Source: a virus
Lineage: Duplodnaviria; Caudoviricetes
DNA: 39,185 nt
Virus record (IMG/VR): IMGVR_UViG_3300022407_006375
Location: 1-39,185 of that record
Direction: 5' to 3' (one strand)
Shown: piece by piece, positions 10,522 through 20,390 of the stretch
Layout: the number at the start of each line of letters is the position of its first letter
Position numbering within the stretch: the stretch's first letter is position 1
Notes under the pieces: model-generated
What the model was told of the DNA's origin: nothing
The model's database searches: none
Seen by the model: the letters and a program-made list of their open reading frames with translations, nothing else
Program-made: the position numbers and the translations under genes

Positions 10522-11754
10522 TTACGCTTTTTGCCTTTTTCTAATCAGCTCTGCCGCAGAATCGTACAGATCTGGTTCTTTTTTGAATTTTGCACCGCTC
10601 ACAGATTTTCCTTTGTCTGGTTTCTTTTCAGCGACCTCATCAATTCTTTTTCCGCTAACCGAGTTTTTTACTTGGCTAACGGCTGCCTTGATAATGTCAT
10701 TCAAGAAAACCGCTCCGGCAACTTGGCGTTGCATGTCCTGCATGTTCTTAACTCCTACAAGATTCCCTTTCTCATCATAGTTGGCCGGGTTTTTTACCCA
10801 AGCCATCATTGCTTTTGAGATTGTTGAACTCTTATCCTTGTCAAGCTTAAAACTTACTTTCTCACCGCTCTCCTCAAAAACGAGCTCCTGATTGTCTTTT
10901 GTGAAGGATTCATAGGAAGAAACATTCTTTTCAATGCTCTTCTGAACTACTTCAGGGACTTTCGGACCTTCCTCTTTGGCGGTGGGTTTAAATTTTTCTT
11001 GCTGTTCTTTTAAAAACTTTTTGGCCTTGTTTACTTCGCTCTTTTTGTCAATTTCGAGCATTTCAACTTCCTCCTTATATTCTGCATCAGTACCATCAAA
11101 GCTTTCTCGGCTCAATGTGTACTTTCTGTTAAAATCTCTGGCAAATTTTCTTTGCGCCTCTTCTCTTGTCAATTCAGGGTTTTCATGCACAAATCTTTCT
11201 TCCAAAAGCATGCGCGGGTCAGCGTTGTCAACATCCATGGCAATTAACTTGGCATAGGTCTGAAAAGCTTCTCCTTGACGAGGAACACCAAACTTTTTAA
11301 TGAACTCAAAGGCCTTTTCCTCTTCTTGGCTACCAAACTTAGGTTTTTGATCCTTCAGCTCGGCCACCTGTTTTTGAAGGGCCTCGTAATTCTCCATTAC
11401 TCCGGCAGCATTCTCAATCAACTCCTCCAATTCTTCCTGAGATTGTACCTCGTATTTTTCACCAAAAACATTCTTGATGAAATCGTCCGGAGTTACGCTA
11501 TCAAATTCCTCTTCAGCCTGCTCTTCTTTCTCCTCCTCACTTTCTTCTTTTTCAGCCTCCTCTTCTTTCTCCTCCTCTTTTTTCTCGTCTTTTACCTCAT
11601 CAGTCGTTTCCTCCTCTTCTTCGGTTTCTTCTTCTGATTCCGGTGCCTTTTCCTCTTTTTTCTCGCCAGGCATATCCACATATTTACCAAGATTGATGTC
11701 GTAAATCTGCTTGGTTTCTGTGGTTTCCTGAACTTGTTCTGCTGTCTCTGCCAT
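10522..11754 (-). CDS. Putative capsid scaffolding protein (very acidic N-terminus, helical)
   Basis: ATG at 11754 (MAETAEQ...). Glu/Lys-rich tract. Directly upstream of MCP. Confidence 0.65.
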   Translation of the reverse strand: MAETAEQVQETTETKQIYDINLGKYVDMPGEKKEEKAPESEEETEEEEETTDEVKDEKKEEEKEEEAEKEESEEEKEEQAEEEFDSVTPDDFIKNVFGEKYEVQSQEELEELIENAAGVMENYEALQKQVAELKDQKPKFGSQEEEKAFEFIKKFGVPRQGEAFQTYAKLIAMDVDNADPRMLLEERFVHENPELTREEAQRKFARDFNRKYTLSRESFDGTDAEYKEEVEMLEIDKKSEVNKAKKFLKEQQEKFKPTAKEEGPKVPEVVQKSIEKNVSSYESFTKDNQELVFEESGEKVSFKLDKDKSSTISKAMMAWVKNPANYDEKGNLVGVKNMQDMQRQVAGAVFLNDIIKAAVSQVKNSVSGKRIDEVAEKKPDKGKSVSGAKFKKEPDLYDSAAELIRKRQKA

Positions 11755-11775
11755 AATTTTTAAGCCTAAATTATA

Positions 11776-11807
11776 TCCCAATTTGGGAAGGATTTCCCAA
11801 ATATCAA
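11776..11807. promoter_or_regulatory. Operator-like pair upstream of the scaffold/MCP genes
   Basis: TCCCAATTTGGGA (11776-11788, perfect arms) and TCCCAAATATCAA (11795-11807); starts are 19 bp apart. Confidence 0.6.
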
Positions 11808-11820
11808 AATTTCTTAATAA

Positions 11821-12723
11821 TTATGGGATAATTGAGTAGTCTGAAGATGATGTCGGAACAACAATCCATGGGGGTTCGATGAAACAGACTTTTGATGCTC
11901 CGTTGTAGTTTTTGATAACCCTAAACTGACCAGCGCCTGGTCCTGTGGTGATTATCAACTTGCAGCCAACATAAACATTGTTGTCGGATGATGAGTCTGC
12001 TTTAATTGATGTTTGCCAAAGTGTAGAGGCCACAATAGTGCCTGAATTTAAGACTATGCCACCACCTCCTCCGCCACCTCCGGCTGCCGCATCCTCTAAA
12101 AGCTGTCCTTTTGTGCCTGATCCATAGTTAATATTGTCACTCCAAATAGCATCTCGGATGGCTTCTACTGTTAGCCCGGTTCCTGTAACAACAATGTCAA
12201 TTGTCATATTCCCGTAAGCAGCGATAATTGCATCTAAATCACCCGTTCCTGTTAAATTAGCTAACATACTGGCGATCCCATTCATACTAGCAGCTAAATC
12301 ACCATCTCCTTCTAGGTCGATAGACATATCTAAAAGGCCAGAAATATTAGCCTCTAATGTGCCACTCCCAACCATATCACAAAACATGGAAATAACTAAT
12401 GCTGCCTCAGCGGTTAAATCCCCTGATCCAGTAAAATCTATTGAGCCGTTTAGGGTTGGTATTAAGTTAGATGTTATACTCCCTGATCCTTCTGTCCTCA
12501 TTGACATAGCTCCTCCTGTACGCGGAAGCATCCAGCAATATGGATTTAAGTTCCCATTTGGGAGTGCTGTCTGTCTTTCGGCATGCCATGACCAATTGTG
12601 AATTTTCCCTGGCAAGTACCAATTTCTAAGTGCTGGACCTCCATTTTGAATAGACAATAAGTTACCGCTCATCCATCTAAATGGAGAAAAACCGTTCCTA
12701 TGTCCATTCGTTATTAACCCCAT
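11821..12723 (-). CDS. Fibre/shaft-like protein with five 20-aa GxGx(L/I) repeats
   Basis: Probable ATG at 12723 (MGLITNGHR), overlapping the previous stop. GSGSITSNL, GSGDLTAEA, GSGTLEANI, GDGDLAASM, GTGDLDAII recur at a 20-aa period. Poly-Gly hinge, then a C-terminal GPGAGQFRVI domain. Confidence 0.65.
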   Translation of the reverse strand: MGLITNGHRNGFSPFRWMSGNLLSIQNGGPALRNWYLPGKIHNWSWHAERQTALPNGNLNPYCWMLPRTGGAMSMRTEGSGSITSNLIPTLNGSIDFTGSGDLTAEAALVISMFCDMVGSGTLEANISGLLDMSIDLEGDGDLAASMNGIASMLANLTGTGDLDAIIAAYGNMTIDIVVTGTGLTVEAIRDAIWSDNINYGSGTKGQLLEDAAAGGGGGGGGIVLNSGTIVASTLWQTSIKADSSSDNNVYVGCKLIITTGPGAGQFRVIKNYNGASKVCFIEPPWIVVPTSSSDYSIIP

Positions 12724-13619
12724 GCAATACCTGATTCTGCAAGCATTGGAGCGTTTGCTGTCGTTGCTCCTGTGTTCATAAGAAGCCACTGAACGCATGC
12801 ACCATCTCTTATTCTTGCCATGTTTGGTAGCATGTTCATAAACTCAGCTACATTGTGAATGCCAGAAGCTGGCAATGGGATACCCCAAAGCGGCTTAACA
12901 AGATGTAACACAAGTTGTCCTGATCCTGTATAGGCCGTACCTCCAGTTAATGTGAAGTTTGTCAAATCACTTATCCCTGTGTCACCAGCAGCCAATGGTA
13001 GAAATGGTGCATATCTGGTGGCGGCAGCCCCTGAATGCGGTACGGCCCCGATTACTGGAGTGGCCGCAAAACCAACAGTCACTGGACAGGTTTTTGGTGT
13101 TCCTGCCACATTGTTATATCCAAATACTGTTAAGTTTGGTCCTCCTGCTGTTGGAGCTACTTCGGTTGAAAAGAAAGCGCGAAGCCCAACACCATTAGGA
13201 TATCGGTCAACTTTTGCTCCCGAACTACCAATTGGTGTCATTGTAATTGTTCTGCTACCTGTTCCAGTTACATCCGCACCAGTAATGGGTACATATCCTA
13301 TTTGATCTACAGCCAGCAAAAACCAAGGTGCCCCGGCAGCAGCAACAATATTTGCCCCTGCGTACAGATAGTGTTTAGTCATTGGGCTTACATCTCCTCC
13401 ATGTTGCCACGCACCATCAGCCCATGTGTCATCAGTAGGAACGAACGTGAGTGATGTTCCTGCATACGCACTGGCTGGCTCACTGCCAGCAAACACTCCT
13501 AAGTTTGTCCAAAAACCAGCTACTTGCGCTGTACTGATTGTTTTAAATCGTACATCATATTGAAATTGACCAAGATTGGTCACATCGTCAATCAAATTGT
13601 CCTGTGAGGTAAATCCCAT
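12714..13619 (-). CDS. Putative virion appendage protein, paralogue B (301 aa)
   Basis: Shares K...AG.W, L.D...Y.P, DRY..GVG, APT.GG, PF.PL and LVKP motifs with 13632-14534. Confidence 0.6.
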   Translation of the reverse strand: MGFTSQDNLIDDVTNLGQFQYDVRFKTISTAQVAGFWTNLGVFAGSEPASAYAGTSLTFVPTDDTWADGAWQHGGDVSPMTKHYLYAGANIVAAAGAPWFLLAVDQIGYVPITGADVTGTGSRTITMTPIGSSGAKVDRYPNGVGLRAFFSTEVAPTAGGPNLTVFGYNNVAGTPKTCPVTVGFAATPVIGAVPHSGAAATRYAPFLPLAAGDTGISDLTNFTLTGGTAYTGSGQLVLHLVKPLWGIPLPASGIHNVAEFMNMLPNMARIRDGACVQWLLMNTGATTANAPMLAESGIAWG

Positions 13620-13631
13620 ATCTGTATAATT

Positions 13632-14534
13632 TTATTCTGCCCAAAAAGTTTCTAACATTCCTACTAGCGGTGCGGATGCTAGTGATCCGGCCATACCCAG
13701 TCCTATCCAACCCAAAAAAGCGTTAGGTTTAATCTCATCTGTCCCCGCTCTCATTGTGATTTGCTCTGTTTCGGTGGCATCACCATAGCTCTCCGTTGGA
13801 GATGAGGTGGGTCTTCTTGCTTCTTCCCGAACGTACACCATCTGAAAAGGCTTCACTAAAACAATAGCCGCAAGGCCTCCATTGGCTAAAATCACATTCG
13901 CTTTTACTATTCTCTTCACCCCTCTTACATTTGGATTTAGAGGTATAAAAGGGCTGATACCTGCAGCCGCAGCAACAGCCGTTATTAACGCTCCTGATGG
14001 CTGTGCTGCTGCACAAAATATTGTTGATGTCGTGTATTCAACATCATCACTACCAATATAAGTAACTGTAAAAGTTCCTCCTCCAACGGTTGGCGCTTGA
14101 GCTACTACCATCATGTGAACCCCTACTCCATCTTCATAACGATCAAGTGTAACTGTGTTGTCCATTACCTGGTCTTCACCTGCCGCATCTAAATCCACAA
14201 AGGGGTAGTAAAGCAGATAATCAAGCAGCATTAAAGATTGATTCTGGTTAGTTGTACCTGTTACACTTGCTGCTGCTGACATCAAGATTGATCTCTTGAT
14301 ATACCTCTTTGTATTCTGTTCAGGAACATATACTCCTTTTTCAGCCTCTAATCTTGCGGCTGTTAACGGAGAAGATGCGTAGTAGTTAGGTATCGGTATT
14401 CCAGAAGCGGTGGAGTAATCAAACCATTGACCCGCTATTGTTGCTGTTGATGCTGGTACTTTACGAAAAAAGGTAAGCCATGACCTACCATCATCTTCGC
14501 TTTGTGCCCATGCTTTTACAGTCTTGAAGGCCAT
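13632..14534 (-). CDS. Putative virion appendage protein, paralogue A (300 aa)
   Basis: Paralogous to 12714-13619 by collinear motifs. Translationally coupled to the upstream gene. Confidence 0.6.
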   Translation of the reverse strand: MAFKTVKAWAQSEDDGRSWLTFFRKVPASTATIAGQWFDYSTASGIPIPNYYASSPLTAARLEAEKGVYVPEQNTKRYIKRSILMSAAASVTGTTNQNQSLMLLDYLLYYPFVDLDAAGEDQVMDNTVTLDRYEDGVGVHMMVVAQAPTVGGGTFTVTYIGSDDVEYTTSTIFCAAAQPSGALITAVAAAAGISPFIPLNPNVRGVKRIVKANVILANGGLAAIVLVKPFQMVYVREEARRPTSSPTESYGDATETEQITMRAGTDEIKPNAFLGWIGLGMAGSLASAPLVGMLETFWAE

Positions 14535-14791
14535 TATACACTTCTTCCGGTTAAGTAAGACAAAAACTGTCTTACGGTAAGTTTTAATTTTATCGTACCG
14601 CGCTGAATTGGGTCCATAGCTTCCAATGCCCCCTTACCTCTAAGCGTTACTTTTCTGTTTGCCCAAATTACAGCCGTAGTATGTTCACAATTCCATTCTT
14701 TTAATGGCTCAATTCCTTCTCCTTGTGGCGTTACCTTTACAGGCTTACCACAAACTGAGCATTCGTATAGTGGAGGGAAGTTATCAAACAT
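14534..14791 (-). CDS. Small putative zinc-binding protein (85 aa)
   Basis: CSVC...CEH metal-ligand pattern. Tightly packed in the operon. Confidence 0.55.
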   Translation of the reverse strand: MFDNFPPLYECSVCGKPVKVTPQGEGIEPLKEWNCEHTTAVIWANRKVTLRGKGALEAMDPIQRGTIKLKLTVRQFLSYLTGRSV

Positions 14792-14793
14792 GT

Positions 14794-15225
14794 TTACGCC
14801 TCAGTTATGGTCACGCTTCCAATTGGAAAACGGGGCTGGATCTGGTTGCTCACAGCAATCGGAGAGTTCAAATCACCGTAATGGAAAATATCTCCTGCGC
14901 CAGCGCCCTTACCAGTTGCGGCACTTGTAATCGTGGCTCCCGTTACACCACACTGAGGGTACTCAATTGCTGCTGCATTACTTGTTGCGGCACCAGATGG
15001 CGCTGTCCATCCAGCTACGGAGCGCGCTACAGTTTGTCGAACATAATTGGTATAGGCAGTCTCATTTGATGAGAGTGTTGATGAAACAGAGTAACTGGCC
15101 GTAGCCAGTGCCATCTGAATAACTGTAATCGGAGAGGAGGCTGCGTTGTCTGCTACGTTAGCCCACGCAGTTGCGTTATAAAGAAGGGCTAGTAAGTTAT
15201 TACAGGTGTTTGTCGATTTTGGCAT
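14794..15225 (-). CDS. Small phage fibre/appendage protein (143 aa)
   Basis: NETAYTNYVRQTVARS..GW...SNAAAIEYP and P.FPIGS.TITE match a widespread small phage structural family that usually lies next to fibre genes. Confidence 0.6.
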   Translation of the reverse strand: MPKSTNTCNNLLALLYNATAWANVADNAASSPITVIQMALATASYSVSSTLSSNETAYTNYVRQTVARSVAGWTAPSGAATSNAAAIEYPQCGVTGATITSAATGKGAGAGDIFHYGDLNSPIAVSNQIQPRFPIGSVTITEA

Positions 15226-15235
15226 AAAATTTTAT

Positions 15236-17617
15236 TTAATCGTTAGGACTTTTATCTGCTCTTTTATCCACTTTTTGTTTCTCCACAATGTTCTTCATGG
15301 CCTGTGTCATAATTCTATCTCTACCATCCATGGCTTTAACCGTCTGCTTTGTTTGGTTAATGCCATTCTCTATGTCAGCATCCATGTTTTTCTCACGAAT
15401 TAATAACCGCTCTTGTATCTGGCCCTTCAATGCCTCGAGCTGCATTAATCCTTTTACCTTCTCCTGCTCTTTAGCTACTTCCCCTTGTAATTTCAGCGTT
15501 GCGGCCTGAGAATTTGCTTCCATAGCCATTTGGTTATTGGTCTGGGCTTCTTGCATCTTCTGGCGTCTGTACTGCTTCTCGCGTATGGCCATCATCTGCC
15601 GGCCTTGCTTGATGTTATCGATCTCAATTAGGAAAGCAAAGTCAGAAACAGATATTTTATCAGCCAAAAACGCATTCTCGAGCATACCATAGAACGACAA
15701 CCACTCTTCCTCGGTAGGCTGTCTGCTCATCATAAGTCCGTACTCGCAGTACGCCAGCTCAGCGCTAACCTCATAATACCCGGAGTTAACCTTGCCAATG
15801 GCCGGAATGAACCCTGCTATTTTATTGCCATCACGCTTACTCTCCTGCAATAGCAAAAGCATCATGTGTGTTGCCTGATAGTACAAGTTCTCGTGCGCAT
15901 TGAACAGATACTCCATGTCGATGTCGGCAGTAACCGCGCTTTGCTTGGCAGCGGTCGCTGATAACCGATCCGGAACAGAGATAGAGCTTGCTACCGGGGA
16001 GGAGGTCATTTGCTCCAAAACGTTAATGGAGGTAGTGAAAGTGGTGAAATAGTCAGCAAGCGTTAATCCTGATGGGTTTACGTCTACCGCTGATCCACCC
16101 CTGTTTTGGTCAAATTTATTGATTGCCCCTCTTTTAATAAGGGTGTTTGTCTTTAGTAAGTGCTCATAAACCTCTCTCGGGCTCCATTGGTTGCCTCCCT
16201 TTCCCATTGCAACAGACTCAAGCTGAGTAAAGTCAATCTCCCGAACGCCCATCCATCCTTTAGCCAAAATCTCCTTTATCTTGTTCCACGACACATTAAT
16301 CATGTACAGCGGCTCGATCATTTGAGACAAGAAGCTTACCACCCGTCCTTCCTTCATGTTTGGGGCAAAGCTTACAATTGGAAGAGTGGCGTTAACCAAG
16401 TTCAATCTTGGGTATTTTTTCCGGCCATAGCCGAAAACGATGTTGCTGTCCAGTATCCAGGTTCCTCCATAAATTGAGGTGTAGGTATTCTTGATCAATT
16501 TACGCTCTCCCTTCTCAAAAAGAGGCTTTATAGTCTCATCTGGCTCATAATCGAAGGATTTCTCCAAGTTCATCTCGCTGCCGTACTGGTTTTTCATCCG
16601 TACAAACGTGCGATTATCCTCACTTTTGAAGTAAAAACGCAATACCGGGATGTAATCAAGGCCATCAAATCGATCCCATGCAGAGGTTGGGCTTGCTGTG
16701 TTATAGATGGAGTTTGCGCTGGCGTGTCGCTGAGCAATCTCTTTTACCTGTTCCTCGGTGTAGCCGTCTGCCAGCATCTCTTTGCGTAGCTGATTAACCG
16801 AGATGAAATCAAAAAAACCGGCATTTTCCTGCCCGGTATACGACTCATTATCTACATAGCTTCCAATCGCGTACTTAGGATTGATGCGCTCTACTCGCGG
16901 CACCCCATTTGGATCATTAAAACAGTGTATGTGCCCTTTGCCGAAAGCCACAATATCCCAGTCTACCTCGCGCATCACTTGCTGGAACTTATTCACATAA
17001 TGCAGCAATTTGATAGCAATTTCCGCGCTTATCTCTTTTTTAATTTTTGGATTTACAGATGCATCGTACAATAACTCATCCGGATATTGCGGTAATGAGT
17101 CGATGTCTAAGTCCGGGAATAGCTGCTTTGGGTCAACACCCATCTCAGTAACCCACTGTTTAAGCCGATAAAAAGCCTGAATTCCTGCAGCATAGTCTTT
17201 TTTCTCATCAACGCTGACAATATCAACTGCATTAACCTCCAAATCATAGTTAAAACGCTGCATTTTGGCCACAGCCCGGTTGATGTACTTTGGTGCCAGA
17301 TTAAGCACTTGGATATCGATGTAGGCCAAGTTACCAGAGCCATCATCTTGTGTTTGATCGTAATCGGTGTAGAAACCAAAAAGCTTCCGGATATTATCTA
17401 CGCTTTGCTTGCCTTGGGCAACCTCCATCAAAGCGGTGTACTCTGAGTCTTCGTATAAAAATCTCGATCCTGTACGCGTACTCATGGAATACATGGCCTG
17501 CGCGTACTGCAACCCATAAGGCCTTTTTTCCTTTATTTTGGGTGATTCGTACTCTGAGGGATAATTGTAGCCGCCACCATTGTTGTCCTCAGAAAGTACG
17601 ATTGAGTCTTCTGCCAT
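15236..17617 (-). CDS. Portal protein
   Basis: 793 aa, directly downstream of TerL. LAPKYINRAV...V.AVD..S..EK N-terminal pattern and Gln-rich helical C-terminal barrel, as in crAss-like/P22-type portals. Confidence 0.8.
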   Translation of the reverse strand: MAEDSIVLSEDNNGGGYNYPSEYESPKIKEKRPYGLQYAQAMYSMSTRTGSRFLYEDSEYTALMEVAQGKQSVDNIRKLFGFYTDYDQTQDDGSGNLAYIDIQVLNLAPKYINRAVAKMQRFNYDLEVNAVDIVSVDEKKDYAAGIQAFYRLKQWVTEMGVDPKQLFPDLDIDSLPQYPDELLYDASVNPKIKKEISAEIAIKLLHYVNKFQQVMREVDWDIVAFGKGHIHCFNDPNGVPRVERINPKYAIGSYVDNESYTGQENAGFFDFISVNQLRKEMLADGYTEEQVKEIAQRHASANSIYNTASPTSAWDRFDGLDYIPVLRFYFKSEDNRTFVRMKNQYGSEMNLEKSFDYEPDETIKPLFEKGERKLIKNTYTSIYGGTWILDSNIVFGYGRKKYPRLNLVNATLPIVSFAPNMKEGRVVSFLSQMIEPLYMINVSWNKIKEILAKGWMGVREIDFTQLESVAMGKGGNQWSPREVYEHLLKTNTLIKRGAINKFDQNRGGSAVDVNPSGLTLADYFTTFTTSINVLEQMTSSPVASSISVPDRLSATAAKQSAVTADIDMEYLFNAHENLYYQATHMMLLLLQESKRDGNKIAGFIPAIGKVNSGYYEVSAELAYCEYGLMMSRQPTEEEWLSFYGMLENAFLADKISVSDFAFLIEIDNIKQGRQMMAIREKQYRRQKMQEAQTNNQMAMEANSQAATLKLQGEVAKEQEKVKGLMQLEALKGQIQERLLIREKNMDADIENGINQTKQTVKAMDGRDRIMTQAMKNIVEKQKVDKRADKSPND

Positions 17618-17641
17618 GCTATTGGAGATTTGCTACGAATA

Positions 17642-17673
17642 TCCCAATTTTTTTTGCTATTCCCAATTTGAGA
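17642..17673. promoter_or_regulatory. Operator-like pair upstream of the portal gene
   Basis: TCCCAATTTTTTT (17642-17654) and TCCCAATTTGAGA (17661-17673); starts are 19 bp apart. Confidence 0.55.
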
Positions 17674-17675
17674 TG

Positions 17676-19877
17676 TTAATTAGAGTTTCTTCTCTTCGAA
17701 ATAAGGTTGCCTCTGTTGTCAAACATCGGCATAATGTCTTCAAGATTTAATATTTCCTTTTTCTCAAACTTTGGCCTGATTTTCTCACCAAGCTCACACC
17801 AACCCATGGCAACCGAGTAATCGTGCACTTTGGTGTTGGCTGGATCAAATATCAAATTGTCATTCACCACATCTACAAATGGCATCGTGTGCCCGAAGTA
17901 GTCTATGTACCAAGCCAAGCAATCGGTGTACTCATTAATGGTGGCAGAGTTTGCCGGAGTTCCCTCTCCTTCATATCCACCCCTTGATTTTGACTCTGGA
18001 ACGTATTTTTGCTTAATAAAGTCAGCGCATCCGTGAATATGGAAGTAGTTCATTACCCCAGGTTTAGCGCTTTCCACGTTCATGCTCATACCATGTAGCC
18101 AGCAAATCATTAACGCCCTTTCGAACATTACGTTAGGGTCTGTTGGTCTTGAGTCCATCATCCCTATGTATACTCCTGTCTTATACGCGTATTTCTCTTC
18201 TGCCCTTTTAGCCATCTCATCATGGTCACCCATGATGCCATCAATAGATGAGTCATATCTCCTTTTAATCAGCATTACCGGCTTAGACCTTCGAGTAGAG
18301 ATAAATTCATCTTCACCAAATCCCATCCTGCTTTGGATAACTACTCTATGATCCACCGGGTCAATACCTGCAGTAAAAACTTCTTCATTCATTGGCGAGT
18401 AGGTGCCGTCTGCGTTTTTGCGGACCTGATTGGCCATCTTCTCGAACTCCTCACCTTTCGCAAATATCCATGAAGCCTTGTACCATCCGTTTTCAGGATT
18501 GTGCTTGATGATAATCTTGCTGAATCGCTTTTTGTTTTCCCACTCTAAATCGAACTTACTCCAGAATGGAGTGGTTGAGCTATCTAACTCTAATTTTCTG
18601 TTTTGAAGAATTGTAGCATTAAATACGCACTGCTCGGAAGAAACCCAGAATATCTCAGCAATTGACAGCGGATACTTTCTGATCAGCGCTGAATAGTCTT
18701 TTGGATTATGCTTTTTAGATTCACGCTCAAGTATAATTGATCGCCTTGCTTCTTTTCGCATCGGATGACCGTGATCATCAAAAAATCCTTCATAGGCGCA
18801 ATCACCAGGGAGAAACGCTCCATATAAACCAGAGATAGTTTGGTTTATTCCTGTTCTCTTATTGTAGTCACTTTCGTAAAATAATTTTTGATATGCCTTA
18901 CCTCCTTTATCAAGGACATTCATAAATTCAACTGTTGTTGCTAGTAGTGATTTTCCCCTAATCATCGATCCCTTGCGGAGACATGGTTTTACAGTACTCC
19001 ATCTTTCATCAACATTTGCAATTAAGCTTTTACCAGCCTCCTCCATCAAGTATGTATGAAGAACAGCCGAGTCATAGGCTCCCTCGGACGATTCACGAAA
19101 GTCAGCGTATGACTCTAAATCTTCCTTTTCTTCAAAGTCATCATCATCATCTAATTTAATCTTTGACTTTTTACCTCTCGTTATTGGTCTTTCAAATCGA
19201 ATATCTTCAGATTGTTTACTATTGTAATCATAAACAGGCTGCATGTATGGCAGCATCTTGCGAAATGGTTTTATGAAATGCAAATCCCAAAACTTCTTAA
19301 TTTTTTTATCCGTCTCACCTTGCATACCACCATAGTGGCCAGCATTTCTTGTAACCCGCCAATAAAGAACAAAAGCCATGAATGCAGACTTTCCATATCG
19401 CCTTATTGTGTTTAACGCACCACCATAGGAAGTTTTATCTTCTTCGATAAAAGCCCACCAATACGCAATTTCTTTGTCTGTTTCTCTATAGTCTGGTTGT
19501 CCAAAATATGTATTCCATTCCGTTAAGTATGCATAATGCATCGGAGTCAGATAAGTACGTATTCCATTATTCCAAAACCAAAATCCTTTTTCAAATCTAT
19601 CGTATTGCTGATTGATCCATTTATCAATCTCAGCTTGATACGGACTTATATAAGTTGGATCGTATTCGTCATTGTCTGGATCCTGTTTTACGTACAGTAT
19701 TCGAATAGCCTTCTTAATCTTGTTATCCAGCTCTGGCCGAACAAATCGATTTTCTTTTTTGAAATGTATCTCTGAGTCTGGTGGAGGCCCCGGAAGATAG
19801 ACTTGTTCTATGCCTGGGCCGCTAATCCCAGTTTGTAGGTATTGAAATTTATATGGATTTGATGTGGGCTCAACCAT
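17676..19877 (-). CDS. terL: Terminase large subunit
   Basis: Walker A-like IRRYGKS, Walker B YLMEEAGK, nuclease AGIDPVD and C-terminal HDYSVA. GFWFWNNG..TYLT..HY.YL pattern of crAss-like TerL. Confidence 0.9.
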   Translation of the reverse strand: MVEPTSNPYKFQYLQTGISGPGIEQVYLPGPPPDSEIHFKKENRFVRPELDNKIKKAIRILYVKQDPDNDEYDPTYISPYQAEIDKWINQQYDRFEKGFWFWNNGIRTYLTPMHYAYLTEWNTYFGQPDYRETDKEIAYWWAFIEEDKTSYGGALNTIRRYGKSAFMAFVLYWRVTRNAGHYGGMQGETDKKIKKFWDLHFIKPFRKMLPYMQPVYDYNSKQSEDIRFERPITRGKKSKIKLDDDDDFEEKEDLESYADFRESSEGAYDSAVLHTYLMEEAGKSLIANVDERWSTVKPCLRKGSMIRGKSLLATTVEFMNVLDKGGKAYQKLFYESDYNKRTGINQTISGLYGAFLPGDCAYEGFFDDHGHPMRKEARRSIILERESKKHNPKDYSALIRKYPLSIAEIFWVSSEQCVFNATILQNRKLELDSSTTPFWSKFDLEWENKKRFSKIIIKHNPENGWYKASWIFAKGEEFEKMANQVRKNADGTYSPMNEEVFTAGIDPVDHRVVIQSRMGFGEDEFISTRRSKPVMLIKRRYDSSIDGIMGDHDEMAKRAEEKYAYKTGVYIGMMDSRPTDPNVMFERALMICWLHGMSMNVESAKPGVMNYFHIHGCADFIKQKYVPESKSRGGYEGEGTPANSATINEYTDCLAWYIDYFGHTMPFVDVVNDNLIFDPANTKVHDYSVAMGWCELGEKIRPKFEKKEILNLEDIMPMFDNRGNLISKRRNSN

Positions 19878-19878
19878 A

Positions 19879-20376
19879 TTACACCGCTTTTTTCTTCAAC
19901 CTTTCTTCAGGCCTCATCAAGCGTATCTTAAATTTGGCAACTTCTTGCTCAGCTTCACCCTTAAACAAATCCCTGTATCTGGTTTTTATACGATCAAGCA
20001 GATCTTCTGACTTCTCAGATATTTTTGTCTTCAACTCGAGATCCTTTAGATCATCATCTGTATTAGTGGTCTTTGCCAATGGCTCCATCAATCGCTGCTG
20101 TAATTGCCAGAACAAATGCTGATCGCTGACCAGCAGAATAAAGTCGTTTGAGTTCTGGCTAACTAGGTAATCAAAAATTTTAGATCGGACATTTTCGTCT
20201 TTCATGGTTACGATAAGCTGAACAGCTTCATCGTTAAAATTGAGCTTTGCCTTTGCGCATGCTTGTTTTTTGCGCTCCTGAAGGTCTTGGACGTTGTTAA
20301 GTTCCGACTTCTCTGAGTAGACAAGCTCTATGTATTGATCGATATTTTTGCTTATTTTCGCATTAACGTTCTCCAT
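19879..20376 (-). CDS. Putative terminase small subunit
   Basis: Helical ~165-aa protein ending 1 nt before the TerL start. ATG at 20376 (MENVNAK) preferred. Called from position only. Confidence 0.5.
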   Translation of the reverse strand: MENVNAKISKNIDQYIELVYSEKSELNNVQDLQERKKQACAKAKLNFNDEAVQLIVTMKDENVRSKIFDYLVSQNSNDFILLVSDQHLFWQLQQRLMEPLAKTTNTDDDLKDLELKTKISEKSEDLLDRIKTRYRDLFKGEAEQEVAKFKIRLMRPEERLKKKAV

Positions 20377-20390
20377 AACAATTATCAGCC

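Noticed and set aside
234-19775. Many plus-strand ORFs of 60-126 aa opposite the structural genes
   Set aside because: Antisense shadows of long minus-strand genes, with non-ATG starts or biased composition and no motifs.
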